From: Octopus sinensis
Lineage: Eukaryota
Assembly: GCF_006345805.1 (NCBI RefSeq)
Contig: NC_043002.1
Location: 72,416,001 to 72,480,000 of the forward strand
Direction of reading: 5' to 3'
DNA length: 64,000 nucleotides
Below the pieces are notes generated by a model. The model was given only the letters and a program-made list of their open reading frames with translations, was not told the DNA's origin and did not search any database. Both the position numbers and the translations under genes were made by a program. Positions 40,415 through 54,840 of this stretch are shown here, one piece after another; within the stretch, counting starts at the first letter, position 1, and each line of letters starts with the position of its first letter.

Positions 40415-40551
40415 GACACCGGGGGACGTTTAAGATGTAAGAGACACCGGGGGACGTTTAAGATGTAAGAGACACCGGGGGACGTTTAAGATGTAAGACA
40501 CCGGGGGACGTTTAAGATGTAAGAGACACCGGGGGGACGTTTAAGATGTAA
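40415..40551 (+). repeat. Five tandem 26-29 bp units at the 5' end of the Dong element
   Basis: (ga)gacaccgggggacgtttaagatgtaa five times with no spacers. Confidence 0.95.
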
Positions 40552-43500
40552 GAACGATAAAACAGAGCTCCGAAATCTATTCACAAACATCGAAAACAAG
40601 AACATCGTATGGAGCCAAAGATTTACTAACAAAGGATTGGACTGTATCCGAGTAAGTAATGCTCATTGAAATTTATTACTATTTTCGAAACGAAATGATG
40701 TATTTTGACTCGATATCATCTCCACTTCTAACACAACACATGTAAACATGCGTGATACATTACGATCCATCAACACCAGATCCTCCCCGACCCCAAACAC
40801 CATGTACAAAGGAACTACGAAGAAATTAAATACCACCGATATTATTCAACCCAAGAATAACAATCGGGAGGTACGTACTTTAAACTTACATCACAAAATG
40901 TACGAAAAACTACACGTGTAAAACAATGTGACAACAGAAATGAACGGTCCGGTACCCTACGAAAATGACGACCGTCAAAATAATGGGCCGGACGTTGTTC
41001 CTCATGTCCCGCAAATAAAACCCAAAAGACATAAATGGACACGTGAGGAATACATTTCTATCCTACACGCATACTTCACAGCAGTGCTCTACACAAAAAA
41101 TGAAAACACAACAACACATACATATAAAATATGGAAGGAAAATAACATAAATATAGACTTGGATACAGCAATGAACCCTAATAAACTAGCTAACGCACGA
41201 ACATACATTCTCAACGCAAAAAAAAATATCGGAAATAGAAATAGAACATCTAAAAGAAAAAATACACCAGGAAAATGTAGATAGAAGCCACACAACAATG
41301 CCCAATAATATAAACACTGAAACAGTAAAACACGAAGACAAACGTAACATTCCCAACAAACACGATGTAAATAAAAAAACAACAAACCCAGACCGTAAGG
41401 ATGCATAATAATACACGACAAACAGCAAGCCAAAACACAACAAGCAAACATATAAATAAGAAAGAAAGCGACACAAATCTAAAACCTGGAAACAACGAAG
41501 GGGAGCCTAATGATTATGATAATATAAAAAGTAAAATAATCAAAGAACTGAAAACCACAGAGCTCAAAATGGACCACCGACCATACCTCCCAAAAATCAA
41601 AATAGACGAAACAACAACACCAATTATAAACAGCATAAACCTAGCCGTCACGGAACTAATAGCCACTGAAACAAAAAGCGATATCACTGAGCTAAATGAC
41701 TTAGTATACGCAGCAGCCACTGCAGCCACAAAAGAAGCTGGATACTCACTCAAACCCATCCAAACAGGAGTACCACCACCCAAACAAACTCTGTGGATAA
41801 ATAACATCCAAAACAAAATACAAAAAATGAGAAAAGATCTGTCGATTCTTAATGAAATCAGTAGACAATCAACGCTACTGAGCAACAAAAAGAAAACAAA
41901 AATACTCTGCAAATATAACATCACAGAAAAAGATTTACCTGAGATAAAAGAAAAGCTGAAGCAAGACATCCTTGCCAAAGCACAAAGGATCCGCCGGTAC
42001 GAGAAACGCCAGCGCTTCTTTGATCAAAACAAAAAGTTCTACCAAGAACTTGGCAAAATTAAAATAGAAATCACTGCAGCACCAACGGCAGAAGAAGTGG
42101 AAGAATTCTGGAGAGAAATATGGTCGGCGAACGAACAACCAAAAAAGAGGAGTATTAAAACAACAAACTCAGCATCTGAGCAAGTTTGGACCCTCATAAC
42201 AACTGAAGAGGTCACCCAGGCACTGCAAAGACTAAGCAACTGGAAGGCACCTGGGCATGACAAGATTCCCAACTTCTGGTTGAAATGTCTAACAGGAATG
42301 CACAAAAAGCTGGCTGAAAACTTTAACAACATACTAGCAGAGCCAGAGACGATGCCTGAATTGCTCACGAAGGGGAAAACCATCTTAATTCTCAAATCAA
42401 ATGAGACAGCAAAATCAGAAAACTACAGACCAATAACCTGCCTCCCTACTATGTTCAAGGCATTTACTGCAGTGATATCGCAAAGGTTGAACAACCTGTT
42501 TCCAGAAGAGCAGAAAGGATGCCGCAAAGGCTCATATGGCTGTAAAGATCAACTAATGATTAATAAAGCCATAACTGAAGACAGCCACAGAAAGAAGAAA
42601 GGCCTCAGTATGGCCTGGATCGACTACAAAAAGGTGTTTGATAGCATCCCCCACACATGAATCCTCGAAACACTAGCCATTAACAAAGTAGCACCAACAA
42701 TTATAAAATTCATAGGACACTCTATGAATAAATGGCAAACAGTGCTACAGCTCCAAACAAAAGAGGGACTCATGAAAACCAAAGCCATCCCCATTAGAAG
42801 AGGAATATTCCAGGGAGACACGCTCTCCCCACTCCTTTTCTGCTTGGCACTGTCACCTCTATCTGATATGCTAAACAGAACTGGATGCGGATATAAATGT
42901 TACGGCAAAACGATCAGCCACCTTTTATATATGGATGACCTAAAACTATACGCTGCAAATGACAAACAGCTGGAAACACTATTAAAGACAGTTCATGGAT
43001 TTACCAGAGAAATAGATATGAAATTTGGATTAGAAAAATGCGCCAAAGTAACCATGAAAAGAGGAAAAACTAGTTAAGAGTAACAACATCACACTAGATA
43101 AAACCAATGAAATAAAGAATTAGACCAAAGCCAAACTTACAAATACTTAGGAATCCATGAACTAGATAAAACACAACACACACAAATGAAAGAGAAAATA
43201 AAAAAGAATATTATAGACGAGTTAGATCAATACTAAAAACAGAGCTCAATGCTAAAAACAAGATAATAGGTATTAACACTTTAGCTGTCCTAGTTATAAG
43301 TTACAGCTACAATATCCTTAACTGGACACTAAATGAACTGAGCAAAATAGATAGGAAAACAAGAAAAATAATGACAGGGTCTAGGATGCATCACCCAAAA
43401 TCTGACATAGAAAGACTATATATACAACGTATAGAAGGTGGTAGAGGCCTTATACAGCTGGAAAACTACTATAAAATAACCACCATAGGACTGCAAAAAT

Positions 43501-44780
43501 ATCTACTTCAGAAGGAAGGAAAACTGAAACAAATAGCGGCAAAACACGAGCAAAACAAAAAAACTGTTCTCAGTATTTAAGGAAGCTGACAAATACAAAC
43601 AAGAAATCATACCACCTAATAATATGAGAAGAAGAGGAAAGAGAAGAAGAAGGAGAAAGAAGAAGAAGAAGAAAGAAGAAGAATGAAGAAGAAAAAGAAG
43701 AAAGAAGAAAGGACGAAGCGAAAGAAGAAGAAGAAGAAGAAGAAGAAGCAGAAGAGAAGAAGAAGAAGAAGAAGAAGAAGAAGAAGAAGAAGAAAGAAGA
43801 CGAAGAAAGAAGAAGAAAGAAGAAGAGAAAGAAAGAAGAAGAAGAAGAAGAGAGAAAGAACAACAAAAGCTATAACAACAAATGAAATCAAACTAAAAAT
43901 AGAACAGCAACGAACCATGATAAAACGATGGCAAGAAAAGCACCTCATGGTAAATATGGACTAAACTAAACGCAAAAGAAATAGACAAAGAAAAATTCCA
44001 GCAATGGTTGAGGACTCAAAGCAGAGACAGAGGGATTTTTAATTGCAGCACAAGACCAAAGCCTCCCCACCAGAAATTACCAAAAACATGTAATGAAAAG
44101 AAATTATAACAAGTAATGCAGAATATGTGGAGATGGACAAGAACAATAATAAATCATATTATCTCTGGCGCCCAGTCCTGGCTAAGAAGGAATATATTCA
44201 CAGACATGACAGAGTTGGAACCTACATACACAGGAAGCTATGCCAACATTATGGAATAACAGAAAAAAGATGGTTAGGCAACACCAGAAAAGGTCGCAGA
44301 AAACGAGAAAGCAACTATACTCTGGATATGCCGATACACACAGATAGAGAAATTAAGGCCAACAGACCAGATATAGTTGTCAGAGATCATGAAGAAAAAA
44401 AAATGCTTTCTAACTGATGTATCAATACCGGCAGATGACAATGTGTCTCTAAAAGAAATGGAGAAACTTTCAAAATACAAAGACCTGGAAATAGAGGTAA
44501 CCAGAATGTGGAATCTAAAAACAGAAACAATTTCTATCATAGTAGGTGCATTAGGCATGATAAAAAAATATTCAGACAAATACATAACAAAAACACCAGG
44601 ACTTACAAACACATATAACATACAGAAAATTGCACTACTAGGCACTGCACACATCCTACGCAGAAACATTTCCATACAACAACCATCAGAGCATCACAAC
44701 AAATCACAGCACATACCTAAGGCACACAGAGCTGCGCTCGGTAGTGAAGTGAAAGCACGCTAAAAAATAAAACTACTGAA
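40415..44780 (+). mobile_element. Near full-length Dong/R4-clade non-LTR retrotransposon (RT plus restriction-like endonuclease), disrupted
   Basis: RHKWTREE N-terminus; KAPGHD, YRPITCLPT, EEQKGC, AWIDYKK, GIFQGDTLSPLLF, YMDDLKLYA; CRICG/RHD zinc knuckle; RPDIV..DVSIP..KLSKYKDL endonuclease. Several stops and frameshifts. (TAA)n on both sides. Confidence 0.93.
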
Positions 44781-44823
44781 TAATAATAATAATATAATAA
44801 TAATAATAATAATATATAATAAT

Positions 44824-44908
<85 letters not shown>

Positions 44909-44963
44909 TAATTCTAACTGATGTATAAATACCGGCAAATGACAACGTGTCTCTAAAATAATA

Positions 44964-45025
<62 letters not shown>

Positions 45026-45964
45026 GAGAAATTCGACATTTTACTCAAATCACAGCATGAACTCGCATCTCTTCAGCTATATTTATCATATTTTGAGATT
45101 CCATAGTTTCTTTCATACAGACATCGGAAATTGCTGCACTAACACCTCTCTCTCTCTCTCACTCTCTCTCTCTCTCTTTTTCTTTCTCTCATTTTTTTTT
45201 CTTTTTTATAATGTGCATATTTCGCAACCACTGAAAATAAAAAAGGATTTTGAGATCGTCTTTGCTACAAACTTAACCAAGATATGGTTCAAGATTTAAA
45301 CAACGATGTAATTAACTTGCTTGACTGTAGTATATAATTAGTAAGAATATAGGGAGATAGTAAAATGTACAGGGTCGGCTTGAAATTAACTGAAATAATT
45401 TGAAATCGAATCGTATCACACAATAATGATTGATTGATTGATTGATTGACTGATGGACTGATTGATTAATTGCCTGAGTGAATGAATGAATGAATTGAAA
45501 TGAATTGAATTGAAAGATATTGGAAATGTGTTACAAGTCTGAACAAGAAAATGCATGGAGATAGGAAAATTTGGTATCATTGAAGATGGATGGTGCATTC
45601 CCAATAATTATTAATACTGTATGGATCTCAAGTGTGACTTACAATGGAGTGTCGCTTTCGCATCAAAGATAAGGTTACTATTGTATACATACACAATCTT
45701 AGAGTTCATCCAGCAAAGGACCAGCTTAACTGATTGGTAGAAAGTCCTTCACAGTCATGTTCCCGCTTTGACCTACCGATGCGCACTCCTCTTTCTGCCT
45801 TTTGTATTGTTCCTATAACAGATAAGTTTTCTTTGTAATTATAAACTTTATTGAATCACAATTTAATTACAAGGAAACAAAGAAACAGAAAAAGAAAAAG
45901 GAAAAGGTGGGGTTAAGCAGCTAAATTGGGGGTGGGGGCAATGAGTCACACACCCCAGAACATA

Positions 45965-46180
45965 TGGCGTGCTCAGCTGAGGTCCGCCGTCGTTACCGCG
46001 ATGGCGCTGCCACAGATAATGGCCAACGACATTCGCTGCAGCAGCCACTCCACCTCGCGAGACTAGTTTCTCAGGCGGGCCGCCGTGATCTCGATTTTGC
46101 TGAGGAAATCGGTAGTGAACGGTCAGAGAACAGTTAACATCGCAACGGTGACCGGCATAAAATGATAACAGCTGATCAGA
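45965..46180 (-). pseudogene. C-terminal fragment of a CRE-like RLE retrotransposon
   Basis: HFMPVTVAMLTVL*PFTTDFLSKI...SREVEWLLQRMSLAIICGSAIAV resembles 'F.PVAVET.G..G...FL...RE..WL.QRLSLAI.RGNA'. Confidence 0.6.
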
Positions 46181-46763
46181 CCCCTGTATTTATATGTTAC
46201 TATAATGACCTTTTCGCCTTGGTACTGGCTGGCCCCATGCTACCTCCAAACACTCATTTCCAACCCACTTGTCTCTCCTCTTCTTATATTCTTATATTGT
46301 GTCCAACCCCGCTCCTAAACCTTGCACTAATTACTCCGCCCAATCCTTACTTTTCGAATACGTTATTACACCGGAATTCCCTTTCTGCCCATGTCTTTCC
46401 TACAGCTGTTGAATTGCAAGAATTCCTAAGGAACATTAATGGCATCAGTCTTTTCGATCTGGAAATCTGAGAATCCAAGAAGGTGTGCGAAGATCATAGG
46501 AACTGCCCATTCTCTCCAAACTCGAAGTCTTTTTTTATGTGAACTTCTGATCAATGCAGCCAAAATGATTAGCCACAACTAATGATATCCATTCAAATGC
46601 TGTACAGTTGTTTGATAATAAATCCCATAACGTTAGAACCTATCATCGTTGACATCATCGTCGTTGTCATCGTTGCCATTTTGTCACCATCATCATCATC
46701 ATCATCAACATCGTCATCGTTATCGTCATCGTCCTTGTCATCATCATACAATAGTGTTGTTTT

Positions 46764-46985
<222 letters not shown>

Positions 46986-47086
46986 GCTTCAACACACGAA
47001 CTCACATAAAGAATCTTGCAAACCAAATCCAGAAACGAAATATATATATATATATATATATATAAATATATGTATATATATACATA

Positions 47087-47135
<49 letters not shown>

Positions 47136-47517
47136 ACACACACACACACACGCACACACACACACACGTAAATGTCGAACAATGAGAAGGCGTGTTCAAC
47201 GCCGCAATGATGGATAAAATTTCTTTATTTGTGTAGTGAGGCTACCATTAGTTTCATGTTAAGAAAACTACCATAATATACATTTATTCTGTTTCTGTTG
47301 TACCTGTATTTCAAAGGGCCAGCCTTATCACACTCTGTGTCATGTTGATTCTCCCCGAGAACTACGTTAAGGATACGCGTGTCTGTGGTGTGCTCAGCCA
47401 CTTGCATGTTAATTTCATGAGCAGGCTGTTCCGTTGATCGGATCAACTGGAACCCTCGTCGTCGTAACCGACGTAGAGCCAACAATATGTAGGTGTACGG
47501 ATCTATATATGCATATA

Positions 47518-48108
47518 CGAAGTCTGATCAAAAAGTATTGGGATTGTTGATAGGTACGCAGAATGAAGCCGCTTGGCACAAATTGACATTGAAGTCTGTC
47601 GCGCGTACACACTAAGTTATTACGTTCTCGCTCACTTCCATAATTTATAATGCCATCAGTCTTTTCGATCTGGAAACCTGAGAATCCAAGGTGTGCGAAG
47701 ATCATAGGAATTGCCCATTCCCTCAAAACTCGAAGTTTGGAGGGAATGGGCAATGCTTGGAAGTAAAGCGTGTAGAGTGCTGTAGTCTCAAAAAGAAGAT
47801 CGGGTTTTCAGCTGCACATGATCGGTGTTGAGGAAAACGAAAACTTTTTGAAAATGGTTATAACAGGTGACGAATCGTGCGTCGATGGCTATGACCCTGA
47901 AACCACGACATGAAAGAAATTCCACTTGAAAGAAACAAGATTTCAAGACATAAAACAAGAATGCGACGAGGCAGCTGCTCGATATACTAAAAAAAAAACG
48001 TAGTTCTAAGAATGTTTCCATCAATGGAAATGATGCTGGATAAAGTATTTGGCGTTGTAGTTTTTTCTCTTTATTCTATCAGTCCCGATATTTTTTGATC
48101 AGACCTCG
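47518..48108 (+). mobile_element. Internally deleted mariner element
   Basis: TA-flanked TIRs cga(a/g)gtctgatcaaaaa; FLKMVITGDESCVDGYDPET, the first-Asp motif of mariner transposases. Confidence 0.85.
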
Positions 48109-48141
48109 TATGTTATGTATGTTTGTATGCATGCATGTGTT

Positions 48142-48172
<31 letters not shown>

Positions 48173-48239
48173 GTGTATGTATGTGTGTATGTGTGTATGT
48201 ATGTGTGTATGTGTGTATGCGTGGATGTAAGTATGTATG

Positions 48240-48273
<34 letters not shown>

Positions 48274-48573
48274 TGTATGTATGTATGTATGTATGTATGT
48301 ATGTATGTATGTATGTGTGTATGTATATATGTATGTGTGTATGTATGTATGTATGTATGTATGTATGTATGTATGTATGTGTGTATGTATGTATGTATGT
48401 ATGTATGTATGTATGTATGTATGTATGTATGTATGTATGTATGAGTGTGTATATATATAAAAAGGATGTGTTATAATACTATTCCACATATACAAAAACA
48501 GCCATACCAACAATCCAACATACTTCCATCATCAGCTGCCCCACGGATATCATTATGTACAACTGCGTTTGTG

Positions 48574-49105
48574 TTTCGTGCCGATCTATAGTAGCTTACC
48601 TTTTTACTTATTTTGGAACATGATTGAGTCCATAAAATAGGATTTGACTACACTTCCATTTAGAGAACAGTTTAAGCTATCTTTTTGTGGAAGAAGGTTT
48701 ACGTTCCTATAACCTGCGTTAATTCTGTAACCCTTTAAAATGGAAGATAAGAAAGTTCATTTTCGGCACTTTATGCTTTGGGAACCAGACAAAAATTGCT
48801 GCAGCTCGGCTGGGATGTTTTACTCTAACCTCCATATTCACCAGGTGTTGCTCCTTCGGATTTCCACTTATTCAGGTCTCTGCAGAATAGTCTTAATGGT
48901 AAAAATTTCAATTCTTTGGATGAAGTAAAAAGATACCTTGATGAATTCTTTGCCATAAAACCACCTCAATTCTGGGAAGTGGGTATTTTCAAGTTAAAGG
49001 AAAAATGGAGACGCATTGTGCAACAAAATGGTTCATATTTGGTTGATTAAAAATGTAATGGCAAGTATTTATTGACCTTTTTCATTCCTTTAAAAATCGG
49101 CACGA
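48574..49105 (+). mobile_element. Internally deleted mariner element (second family)
   Basis: N-terminus MEDKKVHFRHFML fused to GWDVL*PPYSPGVAPSDFHLFRSLQNSLNGK...LKEKWRRIVQQNGSY; right TIR aatcggcacgaactttccggacaatccaa+ta; left TIR truncated. Confidence 0.88.
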
Positions 49106-49667
49106 ACTTTCCGGACAATCCAATATTTAGCGTTGTAGTTTTCTTTTCATCCTGTCAGTCCCAATACGTTTTGATCAGATCACGTATGTTATGTATGTTT
49201 GTATGTATGTATGTATGTATGTGTATGTATGTATGTATGTATGTATGTATGTATGTATGTATGTATGTATGAATGAATGAGTGTGTGTATATATATAAAA
49301 AGGATGTGTTATAATTCTATTCCACATATACAAAAACAGCCATACCAACAATCCAACATACCTCCAACAGCAGCTGCCCCACGGATATCATCATTATGTA
49401 CATCTACGTTTGTGTATGTATTTATGCATGCACGTGTGTGTGCGCGCGCGCGTGTAAGAACATCTTTGCTTTCCATCACAATAATTTTTCAACGATTTGT
49501 AGGAGTGGCTGTATGGTAAGTAGCTTGCTTACGAACCACATGGTTCCAGGTTCAGTCCCACTGCGTGGCACCTTGGCCAAGTGTCTTCTACTATAGCCCC
49601 GGGCTGACCAAAGCCTTGTGAGTGGATTTGGTTGACGGAAACTGAAAGACAGCCGTCGTATATATGT

Positions 49668-49735
<68 letters not shown>

Positions 49736-50092
49736 GTGTGTGTGTGTGTGTGTGTATGTGTATATGTGTGTATATGTTTGTGTGTCTGTGTTTGTCCCCC
49801 CAGCATCGATTGACCACCGATGCTGGTGTGTTTACGTTCTATTCAAAATATATACTAATTTGAGCCATGAAGTCCCTATAAAAACAGAGCAAACTTCAAA
49901 CATTAGTCAGAAGCAAGACAGCTGCGATATAAGCCACATTTTCTATTTGAACTTTTTGAAAATTAGTGTAAACTGTGAAACCAGTTAAAGCTTTAAATAT
50001 ATTAATAAAAAATATTTTAACTGTTCTCAGTGCATTTTCAACTTCTATTTTTCCTATATTTCTACCCGTGTGGAATAAAATAACATTGTTAA

Positions 50093-50151
<59 letters not shown>

Positions 50152-50198
50152 TATATATATATATATATATATATATGAATATATATATATAATATATA

Positions 50199-50236
<38 letters not shown>

Positions 50237-50711
50237 TCATGCATACATACGTAGTATGTATATGTGTAATGTATACACACACTTAAAGATACATATATAT
50301 GTATATATCGTGAGAATTTATAACATTTGTCAGCGTAGAAAAACAGATACGCCCAGAGAATCAATTATTCATGAGTGATATCTTCCATAACAAAAATCAA
50401 TAGTTAAATTAATGTTAATGTTTTAGTACATTTTAATAACATAGCTAACATCAAATAAGCTAACTAGGAAAAAACAATTCTAAAATATTTCTGTTGATAT
50501 TCCGACAAAATATTAAGTCGACAAAGAAATTAAAGCAACATGGAACTTATTAGTAACCAACAAAAACTTCTTTTAAAGTTTTACGTAAAGTTCATGCAGT
50601 GTATTAGAGAATAATAACGAGAGTACAAATAGAGAGCTTGAGGGCGCATGACCTAACGGTTGGGGCGTTGAATTCGCGAGATGATAGTATTCTTGAGCAA
50701 ACCACTTCATA

Positions 50712-50880
50712 GGCGTAGGTATAGCTGTGTGGTGAGCTTGCTTTCGGTCCCACTGAACTATCTTCTACTATAGTCTTGGGCCGTCTAAAGCCTTGTGAAT
50801 GGATTTGGTAGACGGAAACTGGATGAAACACGTCGTATGTGTGCGTGTGTGTATGTGTGTGTGCGCGTGTGTGTGTGTGA

Positions 50881-50911
<31 letters not shown>

Positions 50912-51448
50912 TGTGTGTGTGTGTGTCTTTGTGTTTGTGTTTATCCCCCCTCACAGCTCGACAACCGGTGTTGGTGGGTTTACGTCCCCGTAACTTAGCG
51001 GCTCGGCAAAAGGATAGATGGAATAAGTACCTAGCTTACTCTTTTATTCTTTTACTCATTCCAGTCACTTGACTGCGGCCATGCTGGAGCACCGCCTTTA
51101 GTCGAGCAAATCGACCCCAGGACTTATTATTTGTAAGCCTAGTACTTATTCTATCGGTGTCTTTTGCCGAACCGCTAAGTTACGGGAACGTAAACACACC
51201 AGCATCGGTTGTCAAGTGAGGTTGGTGGGGACAAACACAGACACACAAACACACACATACATATATATACATATACATATATACATATATACGACGGGTT
51301 TATTTCAGTTTCCGTCTACCAAATCCACTCACAAGGTTTCGGTCGGTCCGAGGTTATAGCAGAAGACACCTGCCCAAGGTGCCACGCAGTGGGACTGAAC
51401 CTGGAACCATGTTGCTGGTAAGCAAGCTACTTACCACACAGCTGCTCC
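50712..51448. mobile_element. Tail-to-tail pair of family A SINEs
   Basis: Plus copy about 50712-51035 is interrupted by a minus copy about 51040-51448; its tail resumes at about 51455-51560. Confidence 0.8.
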
Positions 51449-51941
51449 TTAAAAACAAAAATAAATCGTGGGGTCGATTAATTCGGCTAAAAGTTCTAGG
51501 TGGTGCCCCAGCATGACCGCAGTCTAATGGCTGAAACAAGTAAACAAGTAAAAGATAGAAGATAATGATCTCACGTTGCTCTGCGATTACTTTGACGCCT
51601 GACGCGTGGTACACTGTGCACTTGTTCAGATAACGACGAATTGACACAGAGAGTGAACTAACGTACAGCACATACATTTGATCGCTATAGACAAATCATT
51701 TGTGCAGATCGTTCGACAAGAAATTTCAGAAACATCTTTCTTGGACTACAAGAAACTACCATCACTCACACACAGATAGTGAATGATGAATTTATTTGGT
51801 TCTGTAGCTAAGAAATTCGCTTTGCAACCACATGGCTTCGAGTTCAGGCCAATTGCGCAGCACCTTGGGCAGGTGTCTTCTACAATAGCTATGGGCTGAC
51901 CAAAGCTTTGTGAGTGGATTTGGATGACGGAAACTCAATAA

Positions 51942-52550
51942 GGTGGCAAGCTGGCAGAAACGTTAGCACGACCGGCGAAATGCTTAGCGGTATTTAGTCT
52001 GCCGTTACGTTCTGGGTTTAAATTCCGCCGAGGTCGACTTTGCCTTTCATCCTTTCGGGGTCGATAAATTAAGTACCAGTTACGTACTTGGGCCGATATA
52101 ATCGGCTTAATCCGTCTGTCTGTCCTTGTTTGCCCTCTCTGTGTTTAGCCCCTTGTGGGAGGTAAAGAAATAGGTATTTCGTCTGCCGTTACGTTCTGAG
52201 TTCAAATTCTGCCGAGGTCTACTTTACCTTTCATCCATTCGGGGTCGATAAATTAAGTACCAGTTACACCTAATTCATTTGTCTGTCCTTATGTGTCCCC
52301 TCTATGTTTAGCACCTTGTGGGCAATAAAAAAATAGGAAACGTTAGCACGCCCGGCGAAATGCTTAACGGTATTTCGTCTGCCGCTACGTTCTGAGTTCA
52401 AATTCCGCCGAGGTTGACTTTGCCTTTCATCCTTTCGGAGTCGATTAAATAAGTATCAGTTACGCACTGGAGTCGATGTAATCGACTTAATCCGTTTTCC
52501 TGTCCTTATTTGTCCTCTCTGTGTTTAGCCCCTTTGGGCAAGAAAGAAAT
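51942..52550 (+). mobile_element. SINE family B trimer
   Basis: Head plus three bodies; the third restarts further 5' (gaaacgttagcacg). Confidence 0.88.
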
Positions 52551-53051
52551 ACGAAATTCAATGGATACCAATCGCATACATATATATGTGTGTGTGTGTG
52601 TGTGTGTATGTGTGTGTGTGTGAGAGAGAGAGAGAGTGTGTGTGTGTGTGTCTTTGTGTTTGTGTTTGTGTTTAACCCCTTCCCCCACTGCTTGACAACC
52701 GTTACTTACTTGTTTACGTCTCCGTAAGTTAGCGGTTCGGCAAAAGTAACCGATAGAATGACTACCAGACTTAAGAATTAAGTACTGAGATCAATTTGTT
52801 CGACTAAGACCCTGCAAGGCGGAATTCCAGCATGGCCACAATTCAATGACTGAAACAAGAAAAAGGTTAAAGTTGACTAAATGGCTGTGTGTTAAGTAGC
52901 TTGCTTGCCAACCACATGTTTCCGGGTTCAGTCCCACTATGTGGCACCTTGGGCAAGTGTCTTCTACAATAGCCTCGGGCCGACCAAAGCCTTGTGAGTG
53001 GATTTGATAGACGGAAACTGAAAGAAGCCCGTCGTATATATGTATATATAT

Positions 53052-53115
<64 letters not shown>

Positions 53116-53163
53116 ATAATATATATATATGTCTGTGTATATATATATAAATATATATATATA

Positions 53164-53428
53164 TACAAAATAAGAAAATGGAGAAACACACCTAATCAAT
53201 AATCAACTACCAGATAATACCTAATCACATAATTTATTAAACCACTACATATGAACATTAAGGTCAAACATAATAGTAAAGAACAAAATAATAAAGTACA
53301 TCATTGTTCTTTACTATTATGTTTGACCTTAATGTTCATATGTAGTGGTTTAATAAATTATGTGATTAGGTATTATCTGGTAGTTGATTGTTGATTAAGG
53401 TATGCTTCTCCATTTTCTTATTTTGTAT
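53164..53428. repeat. Near-perfect inverted repeat, about 123-bp arms with a 17-nt spacer
   Basis: tacaaaataagaaaatggag...gtaaagaacaa / ttgttctttac...ctccattttcttattttgta. Confidence 0.93.
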
Positions 53429-53594
53429 TATTAATTTGTGGTAAAACATTTTACCTTTGTCCATATAATACAATAAATTAATTAATTGCATCGCAATTCT
53501 TAACATTTATGTATTAACTTTGTTGGGTGCTTTTCTAGCAGTATATTGGATATATGTTATCCCATGGTGGGTTGCACTCACAACCTCTATCTCA

Positions 53595-53630
<36 letters not shown>

Positions 53631-53712
53631 GTTGTAATCTGTCAATCGCCCCACCACCGTACATGTCTCTACGAGAGATTTAGAAATTTAGTATTTATAT
53701 ATATATCTCTTT

Positions 53713-54271
<559 letters not shown>

Positions 54272-54840
54272 GCGTGTATATGTTTATGTGTCTTTGTCCC
54301 CCAGCATCGCTTGACAACCGACGGTGGTGTGTTTACGTGTAACTTAGCGGTTCGGCAAAAGACACCGATAAAATAAGTACTAGGCTTACAAAGAATAAAT
54401 CCTGGGGTCGATTTGCTCGACTAGAGGTGGTGCTCCATCATGACCGCAGTCAAATGAGTGAAACAAGTAAAAGAGTAAAAGAGATAAACAAACAAACAAA
54501 CAAATAAATAAATAAATATATAAATTGCGGAGTCATTTTAATATATTTGTAACGCTCTGTGGAACTTAGGCCCAAAAGAGTTACTCGAGCTTCTCTGCAA
54601 CTTACGATTGAGAAACAAAACAAGCGATCCGTTTCGTTGTTATTTACCAACTCATCATGATTCATCTATCTCTCTTTCCCAAGTGGGAGATAGATTAAAG
54701 GTCCAACAGCACAATGCGTACTAGAACAGCGAATCAGTAAGACAGATGCGTTATGAACAACTACGTCGACGTAAAGCAGCTTGGTGAACCGAGGTTATTG
54801 CTACTAACAGGGAATTATAAATACTATAGCCTTGTAAATT

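Noticed and set aside
40415-40551. CRISPR-like 28-bp repeats
   Set aside because: No spacers; part of the retrotransposon 5' end.
43683-43964. Protamine-like poly-Lys/Arg ORF
   Set aside because: GAA tract within the Dong element.
45863-46110. GC-rich island as a host exon or CpG promoter
   Set aside because: Better explained as the C-terminus of a CRE-like retrotransposon in another frame.
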